From Trichormus sp. ATA11-4-KO1 (GTDB taxonomy: Bacteria > Cyanobacteriota > Cyanobacteriia > Cyanobacteriales > Nostocaceae), in NCBI GenBank assembly GCA_019358915.1, contig JAHHIM010000004.1, positions 64,001 through 128,000 of the forward strand: DNA of 64,000 nucleotides. Reading direction: 5' to 3'. Each line of letters starts with the position of its first letter. Position 1 is the stretch's first letter. Position numbers and translations under genes: made by a program. The notes beneath the pieces are model-generated. The model was not told the DNA's origin. It was given only the letters and a program-made list of their open reading frames with translations, and searched no databases. Below, in pieces: positions 58,249 to 64,000 of the stretch.

Positions 58249-60009
58249 TTACCGAATATTCACCTCTTGTAAATGATGTTCTATCTGAAAATTCTCAACT
58301 CTAGTAGTTGAATTTGTCGGGACAAATGAATTAAAAGCAATATTTTGACCTTGAGATTTTAGACGCTGTTTTTGAGTATATTCATTCAGCTTTTCTTGAG
58401 CTTGAGCGTAAACAGAAGTATCTTGAGGAATCTTGCGGAGAAATTGCACAGCACCATGAAAGTCACCCATGGATGCTTTTTTATTAGCATTATGTAAAAA
58501 ATAGGCTGCTCGAATCTGTCGCTTCTGATTGTACTCAGCTAACTTTTGTTGAACTAAAGCACCAGCAGAACTTCCTTGAGGAATTTGACGCAGATATTCT
58601 ATAGCAGTGGAAAACTCTCTAGCTATGGCTTTTTCGTAAGCTTTAGTTAATAAATCTTGCGTTTGTACTTCCATATTAACTTGTGCTTGCTGCACTAATT
58701 TGTCTACTTTTGATTGCCAATATAAAATATCTGGCACTTGAGGTGCAACACTCAATACATCCGACCATCTACCCTCATCTAAAGCTTGTTCAGCGATGAA
58801 GTATTGTTCCGCCGCAAATTGCCATTGGTGTTGCCATTCTTCAATTACGGCTTGAGCTTCTGGATAAATATTACTGTGATTAGGAATTGATTTAGCTAAA
58901 GCTAGGGCTTTTTGCAAATCTCCAGCTTGATATTTTTCTGTAGCTTTGTATAAAGTTTCTGTTTCTGAGTAGGCTGGAGAATTATTAACTAGAGAATAGA
59001 CTCCCAATCCCATCAACAAAGAATTAGCAGCTAATCCTAGTTTCATGCTTGTCAATAATGGCGATGCTTTCTCAGACATCAAATGTTGCGAAGCATGATC
59101 ACTTGCAACCCCTACCTTTGGGTACGCATCAAACCGGGTTTCAGTAATTGGTGGTATCTGAGTTTCCCTAGTCATTTGCTTGAGTACACGCAGTACTTCA
59201 GTAGCAGATTGGAAGCGGTCTTGGAAATCATAGCGGATCATTTGGCTGAGAACCGCAGCGAGATAATCGTTAACTGGTGTGTCTTGAGAACGCCAGATAA
59301 TTTCATTAGTATCAGTATCTGCTTTTAATTGCAGTGGCTCTAGTCCTGTTAAAGCCTGAATAGCAATCATACCTAAAGCATAAATATCACTATTGGGTTG
59401 TGTTTGACCGATAAATTGCTCTGGTGGGATGTACCCCAGTGAGGTGACAGGAATGCGATAGATAGGTAACTCCCCATCTAAACCCAAATCAACTGACTGG
59501 ATTGAACCAAAATCAATTAAAACTAACTTGCCATCAATAGTACGTCTGATCAAGTTTTCTGGTTTGATATCACAATGAATAAAGCCTTGAGAGTGAATAA
59601 ATTCTAAAATTCCCAAAATATCTTCTAGCAATTCCACAACTTCGCTTTCATTCCAAAGACATCCCCAATATTGATTGATAGGCAATTCCGCAGTCAATGA
59701 GTGTCCTTCCACAAACTCTTGCACTAAGTAGAACCGCTCATGTTCTTCAAAGCAGGTAATTAATTTAGGAATTTGGGGATGGCTTCCCAGTAGATGGAGA
59801 GTTGCTGTTTCAGTGAGAAAGCATAATCTTAAGGTGTCTAAGTAGCTGGGTGAGAAACTGTTACTCTTAAGCTGTTTAATTACACATTTGGGATTTTCGG
59901 GGTAATCTCTATCTACGGCGACATATGTCTGTCCAAATACCCCTGCACCCAGGCTTTGGACGATTTGGTAACGTGCTTGTAGTACTTTACCGATCATGTG
60001 CTGGTTCAT
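58249..60009 (-). CDS. Hanks-type Ser/Thr kinase with TM helix and helical-repeat C-terminus
   Basis: LGAGVFGQTY, HCDIKPEN, DFG, YIPPEQ. Confidence 0.92.
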   Translation of the reverse strand: MNQHMIGKVLQARYQIVQSLGAGVFGQTYVAVDRDYPENPKCVIKQLKSNSFSPSYLDTLRLCFLTETATLHLLGSHPQIPKLITCFEEHERFYLVQEFVEGHSLTAELPINQYWGCLWNESEVVELLEDILGILEFIHSQGFIHCDIKPENLIRRTIDGKLVLIDFGSIQSVDLGLDGELPIYRIPVTSLGYIPPEQFIGQTQPNSDIYALGMIAIQALTGLEPLQLKADTDTNEIIWRSQDTPVNDYLAAVLSQMIRYDFQDRFQSATEVLRVLKQMTRETQIPPITETRFDAYPKVGVASDHASQHLMSEKASPLLTSMKLGLAANSLLMGLGVYSLVNNSPAYSETETLYKATEKYQAGDLQKALALAKSIPNHSNIYPEAQAVIEEWQHQWQFAAEQYFIAEQALDEGRWSDVLSVAPQVPDILYWQSKVDKLVQQAQVNMEVQTQDLLTKAYEKAIAREFSTAIEYLRQIPQGSSAGALVQQKLAEYNQKRQIRAAYFLHNANKKASMGDFHGAVQFLRKIPQDTSVYAQAQEKLNEYTQKQRLKSQGQNIAFNSFVPTNSTTRVENFQIEHHLQEVNIR

Positions 60010-60404
60010 GAGCTGGTTACTGAGTAAGTCTTTACTATAGGTTTCCTGATATCACTAGTTTGTTCCGGAATACCTGAAAATAAATCAATGTAGCGTTAAC
60101 TTCTGGAATATAAGCTAGTTTATTTCCGTATTTTTACTCAAAAGCATTCAACTGGTTGAATACTTCAATTATATAAAAACTTAAATTACCTATAGAGTAT
60201 TAAATACAATAAGTAATTTTGCGTAAAAGATTTACCACGGTGCTTTTTTGTTTCCTTTTTCCTCACCTGTTAATAGAGTTTAGTATCCTCAATAGCAATA
60301 TGCGTTATTAGTATCAAGTTAATGAGTGGTTATAGTAATACTAGATTATTGGGTTGGGTGGAACCTAGTAAAACCCCACACATTTTATATCTCAGGAGTT
60401 CACC

Positions 60405-60848
60405 ATGACTACAACACGTATTCAAGAAATGGGAATTGTCACCACTACAATCACTGTCTCGAATTTGGTTGATGAAATTTTGGCAGAACGAGGATTTATC
60501 AAGAGCGAACAGATTCGCTCAATCACTCTTAATAATGTTTTAGTTGATACAGGGGCAACTCGTCTTTGTCTACCTACGGATATTATTATCCAGCTAGGCT
60601 TACCATTTGCTAGCGACATTGATGTTAAAACTGCCGCAGGGATTTGCAAAACAAGACTTTTCAAACGAGTGAGTCTAACAGTTGCAGGACGACAAGGTGA
60701 ATTCACTTGCACAGAATTACCAGGAGGAGAAGAACCCCTTTTGGGCTTAATTCCACTGGAAGAACTGGGATTACAACCTGATGTGATTAATCAACGGCTA
60801 ATTACACTACCAGAAACAGGCAAAGAGACTTATCATTTGATTTTGTAA
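60405..60848 (+). CDS. Clan AA (retropepsin-like) aspartyl protease
   Basis: LVDTGAT and LLGLIPLE motifs; AGGAG RBS. Confidence 0.85.
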   Translation: MTTTRIQEMGIVTTTITVSNLVDEILAERGFIKSEQIRSITLNNVLVDTGATRLCLPTDIIIQLGLPFASDIDVKTAAGICKTRLFKRVSLTVAGRQGEFTCTELPGGEEPLLGLIPLEELGLQPDVINQRLITLPETGKETYHLIL

Positions 60849-60877
60849 ATTTCAGCTTTACCCATGAATCGAGGACT

Positions 60878-61004
60878 TAGTACAGATTTGCGTAAAATCG
60901 TGGCGAATTGAGGGTAGAAATTTAAACGCAAAGGGGAGACAGCGACTGTCGTGCGCAGAGGTACGCAAAGAATTCGCTACGAATTAATGAAATGTTGTAC
61001 TTAG
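60878..61004. mobile_element. MITE-like palindromic repeat with ACGCAAAG units
   Basis: Inverted arms TAGTACA..TCGTGGCGAATT and AATTCGCTACGA..TGTACTTA. Confidence 0.55.
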
Positions 61005-61031
61005 CTGTAATTGCTTTAGCAATATCCTATC

Positions 61032-62582
61032 TTAACTCTTGGCTTCTTCATCATATTCAACTAGTTCAGAGTTATTTGTTAAAGGCTTCACCACCCGTGC
61101 GATCGCTTCTTGCACAAAAGCCTTAATAAATTCATCCCGACGATTCATCTTAAATTGTTGCTTGACTACCTCAGTCATGCCACCATCACCCCAATCTTGA
61201 TCATGACGAAAATATTCAATAAAACTCTTACCAGCAATTCGGGTTAAATAAGCTGCTGTCACACCTTGAATTGCCCTACCCACAATAAAAGTGGCGACAT
61301 GGAGTTGCAAAGCGGTGGATATTAATTGAATTGCACCTTTGACTATCCCCAAACTAGCGATAGTTTTAGCTAAGGAAAGGGCTAACTCTTTTCCCCGTTC
61401 CATATTCAGTTCACAGCCGTATACCCGACCAATTTCTACGACCATTTGCGCATTAACGGCAGCTGTTGCTAGTAAATCTACCACTGGTAGAGGCGTGACT
61501 GATACCACTCCAGCACCAATCCATTGAAATCGTTCGACAATTTTGTCAGCTTGGCGGCGACGTTGAGCATCAATGAGATTTCGCGCTTCTTCTCCTAGGC
61601 GTAGAGATTGCAAGAGAATGTTATCTGCGACTAAATCTTCACCTTCAGCCCGTAAAATTGCCGCCATACGCCGCAGTAAAGGTGTAATATCTGGTTCTGG
61701 CTGGAAGGTTTCGCCAGTTTCTAGTTGTGCAGATTGGGGATTAGCCGCGATCGCTACTACATCATTTGGGGCAATAAATCCCCGCACCCGTTGACGTAAC
61801 CGTGCCAGAATAGACTCTTTATCTTCATCTGTGTACAAGTCAGTTTTGTTGAGAATCAGGAGCGATCGCTTGCCAATTTCTGCTAAACTGCGTAGCGGTT
61901 CATATTCAGAGCGTCGCAAGTCATTATCGACAACAAACAACAGTAAATCGGCTGAAGTTGCCAGCTCTCGCGCCAGTTGTTCTCTTTCTGTTCCCGCTAT
62001 TCCTGCTTCTAAAATCCCTGGCGTATCGGTAATTAAAATCTTGCGTTCTAATCCCTTTAACCGTAGACAATAAGTTTCCCCGGCTTGGGTAGTTCCCATT
62101 GGTGCATCTACCTGACCCACCATGCGCCCCATAATGGCATTAACTAGGGAAGTTTTACCAGCACTCCCCGTGCCAAACACCACTACTTGAATTTCCCCTC
62201 GTGCTAAATTAACTTCAATTTCGCGGGATTTACTTAATAAAGCTTGCCTTGCTACTTCATCTTGAATTTGGGCTACCTGTTGGCGCACAGCCTGAAGAGT
62301 TGTGGAAGCCGCATCAGATTTAGCAGCCGGAATTTCTGCCGGGGTAACTCGTCTTCGGCGGCGCGATCGCTTTTCCCCGGCTTGTAATACCAGCACATAG
62401 TAAACAAACCCCGCAACCAAACTGCCAATTAACAAAATCAGCAACAACAGCAGCAAATTGCCCAGCAGTGGAGAATAAGACAACTGCCAGTAAAGCCGAG
62501 AGAGGGAATCAATCAGCCACAGGCTTAACCCCAAAATGACGGTTAAACCAACAATCAGCGTGACTATGCGCGACAGAGGCAT
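61032..62582 (-). CDS. YcjF/DUF697 GTP-binding membrane protein
   Basis: GTGSAGKTS, DTPG, NKTD; C-terminal TPLPVVDLL..NAQMV. Confidence 0.88.
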   Translation of the reverse strand: MPLSRIVTLIVGLTVILGLSLWLIDSLSRLYWQLSYSPLLGNLLLLLLILLIGSLVAGFVYYVLVLQAGEKRSRRRRRVTPAEIPAAKSDAASTTLQAVRQQVAQIQDEVARQALLSKSREIEVNLARGEIQVVVFGTGSAGKTSLVNAIMGRMVGQVDAPMGTTQAGETYCLRLKGLERKILITDTPGILEAGIAGTEREQLARELATSADLLLFVVDNDLRRSEYEPLRSLAEIGKRSLLILNKTDLYTDEDKESILARLRQRVRGFIAPNDVVAIAANPQSAQLETGETFQPEPDITPLLRRMAAILRAEGEDLVADNILLQSLRLGEEARNLIDAQRRRQADKIVERFQWIGAGVVSVTPLPVVDLLATAAVNAQMVVEIGRVYGCELNMERGKELALSLAKTIASLGIVKGAIQLISTALQLHVATFIVGRAIQGVTAAYLTRIAGKSFIEYFRHDQDWGDGGMTEVVKQQFKMNRRDEFIKAFVQEAIARVVKPLTNNSELVEYDEEAKS

Positions 62583-62737
62583 GGATGGCAAGGTGAGTTA
62601 ATAGGTAATTTATAGGCTGATGCTTTTCATATTAACGTGAGTTTGACAGAACTCAACTGAAAATTAGATGATGGCAAACAAGAGGTTTTTGATAAAAGTT
62701 GACTTTGACAAGTTGATTCACAATTGGAGAGACTTAG

Positions 62738-64000
62738 ATGATGACAGATTTGAATAATGTTATTAATCAATATGCAGTCAAACTAAGTGAATTAAAATCA
62801 GAAAATGTTCCCCAGTTTTACCAAGTTGTCCAAGTTTTAATTGTGCGTGATTATATTCAAGAATTTATAGATGAAAATAATGATATTGAAAACAAGTCAA
62901 TAATTAAAGATATTACAGAAATATCAAGAATTGACACTGAGCTTAAACAACAATTAGTTAGATTAAGAACAGCTTGGACAGGAAAAAATAGAGAACAATA
63001 TTTAGAGAAGAAAAATAAATTAGAAAAAGAGATTGATTTATATACTAAAACCCCTAACTCTTGGTGGTGGACACGGTTTAGACATGATATTAGTAACTGG
63101 GATAGATTAGATGTAATTACGAATGTTGCCACAGTTTTAGTGTCCATAGGAGCGACTACTATTTTTACTCAAACACTACAAATACTTTTATCAATTGGCG
63201 GCTCAAGTTTTGTGGGAACATTTACTACATTAACTCAAGCTTCATTGGGAGTTTTCTTTGCTAGTGGCACGTTGACAGATACGGGTAAGAAGAAAGTTCA
63301 CAAATTACTTGATAAAATTTCAATTCCTCGTCATTTCCATAGTGAAGTTATTTTGTTGGTAGCAATTATGTTATCTGGAGCTTTTTGGCAAATAAAAGAA
63401 TTTGGAGTTTCTCAGTTAGAAAAAAATTATACTCAACAAGCACAAGCATATTTTCATGAGAATGATTTTTACCAAAGTATCAATATTTATAAAAAATTAC
63501 AAATTCTTAATCCTAATTTTGAAATATCACCAATTTTAGGTTTTGCATACGAGTTAAATTTACAGTTAGACCAGGCAAAAGCAGAGTATATAAAAGGTAT
63601 AGCTAAAAAAGATGCTCAATCACTGATTGGTCTATCAAGAGTAACTGTCTTACAAGAATTACTACAATCAGAATCTGGTTTATTAGGAAATATTTCTCAG
63701 GGAGATATTACCATAATTCAGCTTTATCTCAATGATGCCAGACGAAAAATCCTAAATGAATTACTTTCAGACATACTACATATAATTAATTTTATTCCCC
63801 AAGACAAGATTTCTCCAAATGTACAGCAGGCTATTGATTTTATCAAAAATATTACACAAGATGAATCTTATATAAGTAACCGCAAATATTTTCATGAAGT
63901 TATATTAGCTTTAGATAAAATCAATCTAGAAATAAAAGATAATCGCATAAGTAATTTTTTGTCTAAACTTTATAGTCCAGAAAATCAAGCAACACAATTA
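62738..64000 (+). CDS. Membrane-anchored TPR-like protein, 3' end outside the window (absent from the ORF track)
   Basis: Read open from ATG 62738 after GGAGA: MMTDLNNVINQY...SWWWTRF..WDRLD, TM helices, TPR-like LGFAYE..A..EY. Confidence 0.7.
   Translation, partial: MMTDLNNVINQYAVKLSELKSENVPQFYQVVQVLIVRDYIQEFIDENNDIENKSIIKDITEISRIDTELKQQLVRLRTAWTGKNREQYLEKKNKLEKEIDLYTKTPNSWWWTRFRHDISNWDRLDVITNVATVLVSIGATTIFTQTLQILLSIGGSSFVGTFTTLTQASLGVFFASGTLTDTGKKKVHKLLDKISIPRHFHSEVILLVAIMLSGAFWQIKEFGVSQLEKNYTQQAQAYFHENDFYQSINIYKKLQILNPNFEISPILGFAYELNLQLDQAKAEYIKGIAKKDAQSLIGLSRVTVLQELLQSESGLLGNISQGDITIIQLYLNDARRKILNELLSDILHIINFIPQDKISPNVQQAIDFIKNITQDESYISNRKYFHEVILALDKINLEIKDNRISNFLSKLYSPENQATQL

Noticed and set aside
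57691..64000. Island integrated at tRNA-Ser
   Set aside because: I saw no integrase and no duplicated tRNA 3' end in the window; the downstream genes look native.

Overview
A 64-kb chromosomal segment from a heterocystous (Nostocales-type) cyanobacterium. The assignment rests on many HIP1 GCGATCGC sites, heptamer tandem repeats, small dispersed repeats and photosynthesis genes. From left to right it holds: the 3' part of pyk; a ~18-kb minus-strand Wzm/Wzt surface-polysaccharide locus (wzm, wzt, cysC, a sulfotransferase/coiled-coil/GT2-GT2 fusion, a GT-C/GT2/methyltransferase/SMR module, rmlCDA, GT2, gmd, GT4) interrupted by two PIN toxin-antitoxin pairs; three tandem Uma2 genes; petP-arsA-chlG; an alpha-mannosidase followed by a small island flanked by a copy of the gene's own 3' end; psbN, psbH, tatA, pth; two rpsU copies; rsmI, pfkB, cysQ and an RRM rbp gene; a class I terpene synthase next to a flavoenzyme resembling PUFA isomerase; a large Ser/Thr-AAA-GAF-His kinase; an intergenic zone rich in MITE-like elements; csoR; a GH3 gene with an in-frame repeat insertion; a 2OG-Fe(II) oxygenase; crtP-crtB; tRNA-Ser(GCU); a Ser/Thr kinase; an aspartyl protease; a YcjF-like GTPase; and a TPR-like ORF running off the right edge. 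The two strongest novelty candidates are a putative sulfate-capping glycan chain-length ruler whose coiled coil is built from HIP1-containing 42-bp repeats, and the terpene synthase plus isomerase-like flavoenzyme pair. All calls come from reading the sequence by eye and recalling family motifs; no database searches were run.
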